A DNA stretch of 64,000 bases. Origin: Azonexus sp. (GTDB lineage Bacteria > Pseudomonadota > Gammaproteobacteria > Burkholderiales > Rhodocyclaceae). Positions 1-8,612 of this stretch are shown one piece after another. The DNA is taken from assembly GCA_041917165.1 (NCBI GenBank), contig JAYRYB010000002.1:337327-401326 (forward strand), given 5' to 3'. The notes beneath the pieces are model-generated. The model worked only from the letters and a program-made list of their open reading frames with translations, ran no database searches and had not been told where the DNA came from. The position numbers and the translations under genes are program-made. Positions within the stretch are counted from its first letter, which is position 1. Every line of letters starts with the position of its first letter.

Positions 1-59
1 ACTCAGTTTACGCTGGAAGTGGGGCAGTCGATAATATTGGCATCATCGAACATAGCGAT

Positions 60-458
60 ATGCCCATGCAGCATCTTGATCCCCTTGCCGCTCATGCCTT
101 TCTGCTCGCCCACCCCGAGGCTGTCCTCGTCGATTGCCGGACCGAGATCGAGCACATGTATGTCGGCCATCCGGTGGGTGCCGAGCATGTCGCCTGGCAG
201 GACGGGCCGGACTGGGAGATCGATCCGCGCTTTGCCGACAAGGTGGCAAGAGTGCTCAAGGGCGACCGGGCGCGGCCGGTGCTGCTCATTTGCCGCAGTG
301 GCCGGCGTTCGGTGGATGCCGGTGAGGCGCTGGAGGCAGCAGGTTTCACTCGGGTGATCAATGTGCTCGAAGGCTTCGAGGGCGATCTCGATGAAAACTT
401 TCATCGGGGCACCCTCGGTGGCTGGCGTTTCCGTGGCCTACCCTGGCAGCAGTCTTGA
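60..458 (+). CDS. Rhodanese-like domain protein
   Basis: LVDCRT...E, active-site loop ICRSGRRS, NVLEGFEG and GGW motifs typical of single-domain rhodaneses. Confidence 0.85.
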   Translation: MPMQHLDPLAAHAFLLAHPEAVLVDCRTEIEHMYVGHPVGAEHVAWQDGPDWEIDPRFADKVARVLKGDRARPVLLICRSGRRSVDAGEALEAAGFTRVINVLEGFEGDLDENFHRGTLGGWRFRGLPWQQS

Positions 459-1637
459 GCGGTAACGGGCAAGGGCGGCGAGTCCGCCGGCCAGCATCAG
501 CCCGCCCATGCCGAGCGCCAGGCTGCGTGTCGAGCCCCACAGCATCGGCGCGATCAGCGCCGCGGCCAGGCCATTGAATCCCGATTGCAGGAAGGTCTGA
601 CAGGAAGCGGCAAGGCCGCGCTGGGCCGGGAAGGGGTCGAGGGCGAAAATCGTCAGGCAGGGCATCGCCAGTGACATGCCGAAGGTGTAGACGAACAGCG
701 GCGCCACCGCCCAAGGCAAGGCCGGTGTGGCACCCAGATTGAGCAGCAGATTGCCGAGCGCAGCTGAACTCATGATGCCGTAGCCGAGCGCGATGCTGCG
801 ATTCAACGACAGCTTGCCCGCCAGCCGGCCGGAGGTCCAGGAGCCGGCCATCAGTCCAGCCATCGCCGGGCCGAACAGCCAGAGAAAGGCGGTTTCGGGC
901 AGGCCGAGGTGCTGCATCAGGAAGACTGGTGCCGAGAGGACGTAGATGAAAAATCCGGCGAAATTCATCGACAGGGCGAGACAAGCGAGCAGGAAAGGCG
1001 GCGAGGTCAGCACTTGCCAGTAGGTGCGTCCGAGATAGGCGGGGCGTAGCGATTGCCGCTTTTCGACGGGCAGGGTTTCCGGCAGCAGGTACCAGCAGGC
1101 AACCAACAGCGCCAGCGTCGCCAGTACGAGAAAGGCAAAAATCGCACGCCAGCCGAAAAGCACCTGCAACCAGCCGCCGATCAGTGGTGCGATGGCCGGT
1201 GCCAGTGCGAACATCATGGTGATCTGCGACATCAGCCGCTGGGCGGCAGCGCCGTCGTACAGGTCGCGGACAATGGCGCGGCTGATGACGATGCCGGCGC
1301 CGGCGCTGATGCCCTGGATCGCCCGCCAGAACCAGAGATGCTCGATGCGGCTGGCGGAGACGCAGCCGAGCGAAGCCAGTCCGAACAGCGCCAGTGCCCA
1401 GAGAATGACCCGGCGCCGGCCGAAGTGGTCAGAAATGGCGCCATGCCACAGGGTCATCACGGCGAAGGAGAGCAGATAGACCGAGAGCGTTTGCTGGACG
1501 TCGAGCTGGCTGGCGCCCAGCGTGCTGGCGATATCCGGGAAAGCCGGCAGGTAGGTGTCGATCGAAAACGGGCCGAGCGCCGACAGCGAGGCGAGCAGGG
1601 CGGCGATTCCGCGCGTGGCGCGTCTTTGCTCAGGCAT
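438..1637 (-). CDS. Bcr/CflA-family multidrug efflux MFS transporter
   Basis: LGPFSIDTYLPAFP N-terminal motif, GAISDHFGRR MFS motif A, about 12 hydrophobic segments. Confidence 0.9.
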   Translation of the reverse strand: MPEQRRATRGIAALLASLSALGPFSIDTYLPAFPDIASTLGASQLDVQQTLSVYLLSFAVMTLWHGAISDHFGRRRVILWALALFGLASLGCVSASRIEHLWFWRAIQGISAGAGIVISRAIVRDLYDGAAAQRLMSQITMMFALAPAIAPLIGGWLQVLFGWRAIFAFLVLATLALLVACWYLLPETLPVEKRQSLRPAYLGRTYWQVLTSPPFLLACLALSMNFAGFFIYVLSAPVFLMQHLGLPETAFLWLFGPAMAGLMAGSWTSGRLAGKLSLNRSIALGYGIMSSAALGNLLLNLGATPALPWAVAPLFVYTFGMSLAMPCLTIFALDPFPAQRGLAASCQTFLQSGFNGLAAALIAPMLWGSTRSLALGMGGLMLAGGLAALARYRSRLLPG

Positions 1638-3117
1638 GCGCCAGCCGGCGATACTGGATGGCTTCGGCGATATGCGCGGCGTTGATCACCTCGCTGCCGG
1701 CGAGATCGGCAATCGTGCGGGCGACCTTGAGCACGCGGTGCCAGGCGCGGGCAGAGAGGCCCAACTGGGCCGACGCGCGTTGCAATAGCTGGCCGCCGGC
1801 GGCGTCTGGCTGGCAGAGCCGGTCAATGGCGGCGGTGTCGAGGCGGGCGTTGCTTCCCGCCTGCCGCACCTGTTGACGTGCCATGGCGGCGACAACGCGT
1901 TGCTGCACGTCGGCTGAAGATTCGCCGTCGGCACTGGCAGCCAGTTGCTCGGCGGTGACAGCGGGCACTTCGATGAGCAGGTCGATACGGTCGAGCAGCG
2001 GGCCTGAGAGGCGGCCGCGGTAGCGGGCGATCTGGTCGGGCGTGCAGCGGCAGCGGGCAGCCGGATGGTGTCCACAGGGGCAGGGGTTCATGGCGGCGAT
2101 GAGCTGGAATTCAGCCGGGAATTCGGCCTGACGCGCCGCGCGGGCGATATGGATGCGGCCGGTTTCCAGCGGTTCGCGCAGGGTCTCCAGCACCTTGCGG
2201 TCGAATTCCGGGAGTTCATCGAGAAAGAGGATGCCCTGATGGGCAAGGCTGATCTCACCCGGCCGGGGCGGATTGCCACCGCCGACCAGTGCGACCGCCG
2301 ACGCGGTGTGGTGCGGCTGCCGATAGGGTCGCTGGCCAAAACGGGCGGGTTGAAACTGCCCGACCAGCGACAGGACGGAGGCCGAGGCCTGCGCCGCTTC
2401 GCGCGGCAGCGCCGGGAGTAGCCCGGGCAGGCGGGCGGCAAGCATCGATTTGCCGGCGCCGGGCGGGCCGATCATCAATAAGGAATGTCCGCCAGCGGCA
2501 GCGATCTCCAGCGCCCGTTTCGCCTGTTGCTGGCCGCGAACGTCGCGCAGGTCAGGCAAATTTGGCGTGTTTTCAAGGTTCACCGCAGACGGTGCTGAGA
2601 GCGACGCGCGAGCACTCAGGTGGGCGCAGACGGCGAGCAGGGAGTCGGCAGCGAGGATGCCGTCGTGCCCGGTGAGCGCGGCCTCGCTGGCGCTGTCGCC
2701 GGGCAGGATGAATACCTTGCCGTCACCAGCGGCCTGCAGCGACATGGCCAGCGCGCCGCGGATCGGGCGCAGGGAGCCGGAGAGGGAGAGCTCGCCGGCA
2801 AATTCGTAATCAGCCAGGGAGGCTGCAGGAATCTGGCTGCTGGCGGCGAGAATGCCAAGCGCGATCGGCAGGTCGAAGCGCCCCGATTCCTTGGGGAGAT
2901 CGGCCGGGGCGAGATTGACGGTGATGCGTTTGGCCGGGAATTCGAAGCCGGAGTTGATGATCGCCGCGCGGACGCGGTCCCGGGCTTCCTTGACCTCGGT
3001 ATCCGGCAGGCCGACGAGGGTGAAACTGGGCAGGCCGCTGGTGAGGTGAACCTCGACGGTGACTGCCGGCGCATTCAGGCCATCCAGCCCGCGGCTGTGG
3101 GCGATGGCCAGTGCCAT
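1630..3117 (-). CDS. comM: YifB/ComM Mg-chelatase-like AAA+ ATPase
   Basis: GLPSFTLVGLPD, NLAPADLPKE, Walker A GPPGAGKS, LFLDELPEF, AAMNPCPCG. Confidence 0.9.
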   Translation of the reverse strand: MALAIAHSRGLDGLNAPAVTVEVHLTSGLPSFTLVGLPDTEVKEARDRVRAAIINSGFEFPAKRITVNLAPADLPKESGRFDLPIALGILAASSQIPAASLADYEFAGELSLSGSLRPIRGALAMSLQAAGDGKVFILPGDSASEAALTGHDGILAADSLLAVCAHLSARASLSAPSAVNLENTPNLPDLRDVRGQQQAKRALEIAAAGGHSLLMIGPPGAGKSMLAARLPGLLPALPREAAQASASVLSLVGQFQPARFGQRPYRQPHHTASAVALVGGGNPPRPGEISLAHQGILFLDELPEFDRKVLETLREPLETGRIHIARAARQAEFPAEFQLIAAMNPCPCGHHPAARCRCTPDQIARYRGRLSGPLLDRIDLLIEVPAVTAEQLAASADGESSADVQQRVVAAMARQQVRQAGSNARLDTAAIDRLCQPDAAGGQLLQRASAQLGLSARAWHRVLKVARTIADLAGSEVINAAHIAEAIQYRRLAHA

Positions 3118-3123
3118 GTTGGC

Positions 3124-3366
3124 TTAGCTGCCGCTGCGGGCTTTTTCGAGCGCGTCGACGCGGGCTTCGAGTGCCTTCAGCTTTTCGCGCGTTCTGGCCA
3201 GTACTTGCGATTGAATGTCGAATTCCTCGCGGGTGACCAGGTCGAGCTTGGAAAAAACGCCACTGAGCACGGCTTTGGCGTTCTTTTCAATGTCGCGCGC
3301 CGGAGAGTTGGCGAGCAGAGCGCTCATCTTGGCACTAAATTCTTCAAGGATTTTTGGGTCGAGCAT
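3124..3366 (-). CDS. ubiK: Ubiquinone biosynthesis accessory factor UbiK (YqiC/BMFP family)
   Basis: KLDLVTREEFDIQ...L..TREKL..LEARV motif; usual position between comM and glnK-amtB. Confidence 0.85.
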   Translation of the reverse strand: MLDPKILEEFSAKMSALLANSPARDIEKNAKAVLSGVFSKLDLVTREEFDIQSQVLARTREKLKALEARVDALEKARSGS

Positions 3367-3457
3367 GATCTTCCTCCGTGGCGGCGCAGTTTAACACAGC
3401 GTCGTAGCCGTCTCCGACCCGCCATTCGCCCGCGGCTGGTGCGCACCGGATCGGCTC

Positions 3458-3487
3458 GGCACCGAATTGGTGCGCCAAAATGGTGCG
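3458..3487. promoter_or_regulatory. Two overlapping NtrC binding sites
   Basis: GGCACCGAATTGGTGCG (3458-3474) and TGCGCCAAAATGGTGCG (3471-3487) match TGCACC-N5-GGTGCA. Confidence 0.75.
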
Positions 3488-3537
3488 TGAATGGCGATAT
3501 AGGGCAAATTTCTTTGATAAACATCAAAAAATCGGCC

Positions 3538-3553
3538 TGGCACGGCTCATGCT
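3538..3553 (+). promoter_or_regulatory. sigma54 (-24/-12) promoter
   Basis: TGGCACGGCTCATGCT matches TGGCACG-N4-TTGCW; lies downstream of the NtrC sites and upstream of the porin-glnK-amtB operon. Confidence 0.85.
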
Positions 3554-3613
3554 TTTGCTGTGTTGCACAAAATTTCTTTTTGTTAATTGATTGTTTATTT
3601 CAGGAGAGACCAC

Positions 3614-4387
3614 ATGAAAAAGTCACTGATCGCCGTTGCCCTCATCGGCGCCTTTGCTGCCCCAGCCATGGCGGCTGAAGAAGCCAAGGCCGAGAGCGCC
3701 CATACCTTCACCGGTAACGTCGGCCTTGTCAGCAACTACATCTTCCGCGGTATCAGCCAGACCCAGCACAAGCCGGCGATTCAAGGCGGTTTTGACTACA
3801 GCCATGCCTCCGGTTTCTACGTCGGTACCTGGGCTTCAAACGTGAACTGGGTTCGCGATACAGGCTTCAAGACCGAAAACAGTATGGAATGGGATTTCTA
3901 CGGCGGCTTCAAGAAGAGCGTCGGCGACTTTTCCTTCGACGTCGGCGCCCTGCAGTACTACTACCCGGGTGACCGTGTCGCAAACCTGAACGACACCAAC
4001 TCGACCGAAGTTTATGCTGGTCTGGGCTGGAAGTTCCTGACTCTGAAGTACAACTACACCGTCTCTCCGTACCTCTTCGGCTGGCAGGGTGTGAATGGCG
4101 AAACCACTCGCGGCAGCGGCTACCTCGATCTGGCGATGAACTATGACATCGGCAGCGGCTGGGGTGTCAATGCCCACGTTGGCCGTCAGTGGATCCGCAA
4201 CTACAGCCACGCCTCCTACACCGACTGGAAGCTCGGCGTGACCAAGGACGTTGGCTTCGGCGTCGTTGGCCTGTCCTACACCGATTCCAATGCACGTGCT
4301 TGCAGTGATCAGCTGCTTCCGTACTGCTGGAACGGCAAGGATGTGGGCAAGACCATGGGCGTGCTGTCCTTCACCAAGTCTTTCTAA
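3614..4387 (+). CDS. TorF-family putative porin (TIGR02001-like)
   Basis: RBS CAGGAG, signal peptide, SNYIFRGISQT..PAIQGGFDY motif, C-terminal Phe. Confidence 0.85.
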   Translation: MKKSLIAVALIGAFAAPAMAAEEAKAESAHTFTGNVGLVSNYIFRGISQTQHKPAIQGGFDYSHASGFYVGTWASNVNWVRDTGFKTENSMEWDFYGGFKKSVGDFSFDVGALQYYYPGDRVANLNDTNSTEVYAGLGWKFLTLKYNYTVSPYLFGWQGVNGETTRGSGYLDLAMNYDIGSGWGVNAHVGRQWIRNYSHASYTDWKLGVTKDVGFGVVGLSYTDSNARACSDQLLPYCWNGKDVGKTMGVLSFTKSF

Positions 4388-4810
<423 letters not shown>

Positions 4811-4820
4811 GGAGCGCACC

Positions 4821-6305
4821 ATGAAACGCGTACTCGCATTACTGGCCCTGGTCAGTGCCGTCGCCTTCGGCGCGCCGGCCTGGGCTGAAGAGAAGGCGGC
4901 CGCCCCGGTCGCAGCCGCTGCCGTTGAGGCGGCACCCGCTGCGGCTGCAGCAGCAGCCCCCGCCGCGGAAGCCGCGCCGGCCGCCGCACCGGCTCCGGTG
5001 GTCAACAAGGGCGACAACGCCTGGGTGATGGTCAGCGCTGCGCTGGTCATCCTGATGTCCATCCCGGGCCTGGCCCTGTTCTACGGCGGTCTCGTCCGCA
5101 GCAAGAACATGCTGTCGGTGCTGATGCAGGTGTTCACGGTCTTCTCGCTGATTACCCTGCTCTGGGTGATCTACGGGTATTCGGCGGCATTCACCGAGGG
5201 CAACGAGTTCTTCGGCACGCTGGACAAACTCTTCCTGAAGGGCATCACGCCGGAATCGGTCGGTGCGACTTTCTCCAAGGGTGTCGTCATCTCCGAACTG
5301 GCTTTCGTGATCTTCCAGGGAGCCTTTGCAGCCATCACCTGCGGCCTGATCGTCGGTGCCTTTGCTGAACGTGCCAAGTTCTCCGCGATCCTGGTCTTCA
5401 TGGTGATCTGGTTCACGCTCTCCTACATTCCGATGGCCCATATGGTCTGGTACTGGGCTGGTCCGGATGCCTACACCGATGCCGCTGCTGCTGAAGCTGC
5501 AGGCAAGACGGCTGGCTTCCTGTTCCAGAAGGGTGCTCTCGACTTCGCCGGTGGTACCGTGGTTCATATCAACGCCGCCATCGCCGGTTTGATCGGTGCC
5601 TACATGGTGGGCAAGCGTACCGGCCTCGGTAACGTCGCCATGGCCCCGCACTCGCTGACCTTCACGATGATCGGTGCTTCGCTGCTGTGGTTCGGCTGGT
5701 TCGGTTTCAACGCCGGTTCCGCCCTCGAAGCCTCTGGTGGTGCTGCGCTGGCCATGGTCAATACCTGGGTCGCGACCGCTGCTGCTGCGCTGTCCTGGAC
5801 CTTCGCCGAGTGGATCCTGAAGGGCAAGCCGTCCATGCTGGGTGCTGCTTCCGGTGCGGTTGCCGGTCTGGTGGCGATCACCCCGGCGGCTGGCTTCGTC
5901 GGTGTCATGGGCGCCATCATCATGGGCCTGATCGCCGGTGTGGTCTGCCTGTGGGGCGTCAATGGCCTGAAGAAGCTGCTCGGTGCAGATGACTCGCTCG
6001 ACGTCTTCGGCGTCCATGGCGTCGGTGGCATCCTCGGTGCGATCCTGACCGGCGTGTTTGTCGATCCGGCTCTCGGCGGTACGGGTGTCTATGACTACGT
6101 GGCCAACAAGGTCGGCGATTTCGACATGACCACGCAAGTGATCGCCCAGCTCTGGGGTGTCGGTACCGTTGTCGTCTGGTCTGGCGTCGTCTCCATCGTC
6201 GCCTACAAGCTGGTCGATATCGTTATCGGTCTGCGTGTGCCGGAAGACGAAGAGCGTGAAGGCCTTGACCTCACCTCGCACGGCGAAAGCGCCTACCACC
6301 ACTAA
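4821..6305 (+). CDS. amtB: Ammonium transporter AmtB
   Basis: RBS AAGGAG; PGLALFYGGLVRSKN, DFAGGTVVHI, WFGWFGFNAGS, DDSLDVFGVHG. Confidence 0.97.
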   Translation: MKRVLALLALVSAVAFGAPAWAEEKAAAPVAAAAVEAAPAAAAAAAPAAEAAPAAAPAPVVNKGDNAWVMVSAALVILMSIPGLALFYGGLVRSKNMLSVLMQVFTVFSLITLLWVIYGYSAAFTEGNEFFGTLDKLFLKGITPESVGATFSKGVVISELAFVIFQGAFAAITCGLIVGAFAERAKFSAILVFMVIWFTLSYIPMAHMVWYWAGPDAYTDAAAAEAAGKTAGFLFQKGALDFAGGTVVHINAAIAGLIGAYMVGKRTGLGNVAMAPHSLTFTMIGASLLWFGWFGFNAGSALEASGGAALAMVNTWVATAAAALSWTFAEWILKGKPSMLGAASGAVAGLVAITPAAGFVGVMGAIIMGLIAGVVCLWGVNGLKKLLGADDSLDVFGVHGVGGILGAILTGVFVDPALGGTGVYDYVANKVGDFDMTTQVIAQLWGVGTVVVWSGVVSIVAYKLVDIVIGLRVPEDEEREGLDLTSHGESAYHH

Positions 6306-6332
6306 GCAAAGAATTCGTAGTCTCTCTCCCTT

Positions 6333-6360
6333 TGGGCACCTTCGGGTGCCCACTTTTTTT
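6333..6360 (+). terminator. Rho-independent terminator after amtB
   Basis: TGGGCACC-TTCG-GGTGCCCA followed by a T7 tract. Confidence 0.9.
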
Positions 6361-6476
6361 GTGGGGTGCGAATTTACGCTGTGCGGTTGGGGGTTAATCT
6401 TGTCCGGCAATCAAGCGTGCCGGGATGTGGTCAGCCGAGCCGCAACCACGGCAGGCGTTGGCGCAACGGCCGGGAG

Positions 6477-7019
6477 CTACTTGATCAGTGGCAGTAGGCT
6501 GCGGAAGTCATCGGTACCGGCCCGATGCAGCCACTCGAAGAGCACCATCTCGGTCGTCACGATGTGCACGCCACAGGCGCGCATGCGTTCGATGGCCAGC
6601 TGGCGGTTTTCCGGGGTCCGTGACGAAGCCGCGTCGGCAACGAGAAAGACGTCGAAATCCAGCGCCTTCAGCCCCAAGGCTGTCTGCAGGACGCAGACAT
6701 GGGTCTCCATGCCGGTGACAAGTATCTGCCGCCGGCCGGTTGCGAGCAGTCGCTCGACCACCCCCGGTTCGGCGGCGCAGCCAAAGTGGATTTTTTCGAA
6801 GAATTCGGCGTTCACCGCAGCAGTCCGGATCGCGGGCAGGCTGTGGCCGAGGCCACGCACATACTGTTCGGAGACAAAGGCGGGCACCGCGAGCTGAGCG
6901 GCGGCGGTCAGCAGCCGGACGTTGTTGGCAGTTGCTGCCTCGGCATCGTGAATGGCCGGCGCCAGTTTTTCCTGGATGTCGACCACCAGCAGCAAGGAAT
7001 CTTCGCGACGGATCAGCAT
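6477..7019 (-). CDS. Isochorismatase-family hydrolase
   Basis: LLVVDIQEKL, SEQY..GLG, GMETHVCVLQT. Confidence 0.9.
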   Translation of the reverse strand: MLIRREDSLLLVVDIQEKLAPAIHDAEAATANNVRLLTAAAQLAVPAFVSEQYVRGLGHSLPAIRTAAVNAEFFEKIHFGCAAEPGVVERLLATGRRQILVTGMETHVCVLQTALGLKALDFDVFLVADAASSRTPENRQLAIERMRACGVHIVTTEMVLFEWLHRAGTDDFRSLLPLIK

Positions 7020-7882
7020 CAGCGGAACACCACGGTCTTGTTGCCATGGACCAGCACCCGGTCTTCAAGGTGATAACGTAGTCCGCGCGCCAGAACGGTC
7101 TTTTCGATGTCCTTGCCGTAGCGCACCATATCCTCCGGTGAATCGGAGTGGTCGATACGGATCACGTCCTGTTCGACGATCGGGCCGGCATCCAGTTCGG
7201 CGGTCACGTAGTGGCAGGTGGCGCCGATCAGCTTGACGCCGCGCTCGTAGGCCTGATGGTAGGGCTTGGCGCCGGCAAAGCTGGGCAGGAAGCTGTGATG
7301 GATGTTGATGATGCGGCCGGAGAGCGCTTCACACAGTTCCGGCGAAAGAATCTGCATGTAGCGGGCCAGTACCATGGTGTCGCCGCGGACGTCATCGAAA
7401 ATCCGCTGGATTTCCGCGTAGGCGCCCGCCTTGTTGTCCTTGGTCACCGGCACGTGAATGAAGGGGATGCCGTGCCATTCGACGAAACCCTTGAAGGTGT
7501 CGTGATTGGAAATGACGCAGGGGATCTCGATGTCGAGTTCCTTGGCCTGCCAGCGGGCCAGCAGATCATAGAGGCAGTGTTCCTGCTTCGACACCAGCAC
7601 GACGACGCGTTTTTTCACCGCGCTGTCGTTGATCCGCCAGGTCATCTGCAATGGTTCGGCCACTTCGGCGCGGAAGCGTTCGCGGAACTCGGCGAGCAGG
7701 AAAGGCAAGGAGTCTGCCTTGATCTCGATGCGCATGAAATAGCGACCGTCAACCGCGTCGGCATGAAAGCTCGACTCGAGAATCCAGCCGCCATTCTGGG
7801 CGATGAAGCCGGAAACGCGGGCAATGATGCCGACCTGATCGGGGCAGGAGGCGGACAGGGTGTAGAAGCGGTCTTTATGCAT
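7019..7882 (-). CDS. purU: Formyltetrahydrofolate deformylase
   Basis: ACT domain SCPDQVGII, LARYMQILS, INIHHSFLPSF.GAKPYHQA, GNKTVVF. Confidence 0.95.
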   Translation of the reverse strand: MHKDRFYTLSASCPDQVGIIARVSGFIAQNGGWILESSFHADAVDGRYFMRIEIKADSLPFLLAEFRERFRAEVAEPLQMTWRINDSAVKKRVVVLVSKQEHCLYDLLARWQAKELDIEIPCVISNHDTFKGFVEWHGIPFIHVPVTKDNKAGAYAEIQRIFDDVRGDTMVLARYMQILSPELCEALSGRIINIHHSFLPSFAGAKPYHQAYERGVKLIGATCHYVTAELDAGPIVEQDVIRIDHSDSPEDMVRYGKDIEKTVLARGLRYHLEDRVLVHGNKTVVFR

Positions 7883-7953
7883 GATGGCTCGGTGCTGACT
7901 CGCGGCCGCCGGCTCCTCAGGAGACGGCAAGCCAGACGAGCGGGGGGCGAAAG

Positions 7954-8565
7954 TCAGGCGACTTTCGCGAAGGCCTTGTCGATTTCGGCGCGCAGGTTGT
8001 CGTAAGAGAGCACGACCGGGAACTGCGGGAATTCGCGAATGACGTTTTCCGGGGGGTGGAAGAGGATGCCGCCGTGGGCTTCGCCGAGCATCGCCGTGTC
8101 GTTGTAGGAATCGCCGGCAGCAACGATGGTGAAGTTGAGTTCCTTGAAACGCTTCACGGCTTCCTGCTTCTGGTTCGGCATGCGCAGATGATAATTGACC
8201 AGCATGCCGGAAGCGTCGGCTTCCAGTGAGTGGCAGAACAGCGTCGGCCAGCCGAGCTGGCGCATCAGCGGGTGAGCGAACTCGTAGAAAGTGTCGGACA
8301 GGATGATGACCTGATAATCCTCGCGCAGCTGGTCGAGGAAGGCACGGGCGCCTTCCATCGGGCCCATTTCGGCGATTACCTTCTGGATATCCGGCAGGCC
8401 CAGCTTGTGCTCGCGCAGGATGTTCAGGCGATAGGTCATCAGCTTGTCGTAGTCCGGCTCTTCACGCGTCGTCCGCATCAGCTCGGGGATGCCCGTGCGC
8501 TTGGAAAATTCGATCCAGATTTCAGGAACAAGGACCCCTTCGAGGTCTAGGCAGACGATCTTCAC
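7954..8565 (-). CDS. thrH: Phosphoserine phosphatase/homoserine phosphotransferase
   Basis: CLDLEGVLVPEIW, ILSDTFYEF, AAGDSYND. Confidence 0.95.
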   Translation of the reverse strand: MKIVCLDLEGVLVPEIWIEFSKRTGIPELMRTTREEPDYDKLMTYRLNILREHKLGLPDIQKVIAEMGPMEGARAFLDQLREDYQVIILSDTFYEFAHPLMRQLGWPTLFCHSLEADASGMLVNYHLRMPNQKQEAVKRFKELNFTIVAAGDSYNDTAMLGEAHGGILFHPPENVIREFPQFPVVLSYDNLRAEIDKAFAKVA

Positions 8566-8612
8566 GGCTAAACTCCCAGCGCATTATTCGGAAAGACGCT
8601 GATTTTACCCGA

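Noticed and set aside
1630-3117. comM as an occupied Tn7-like (Tn6022-type) insertion site
   Set aside because: The gene is intact with no insertion
4890-5000. Ala/Pro-rich repeat-like stretch in amtB
   Set aside because: Low-complexity linker after the signal peptide, not a DNA repeat element
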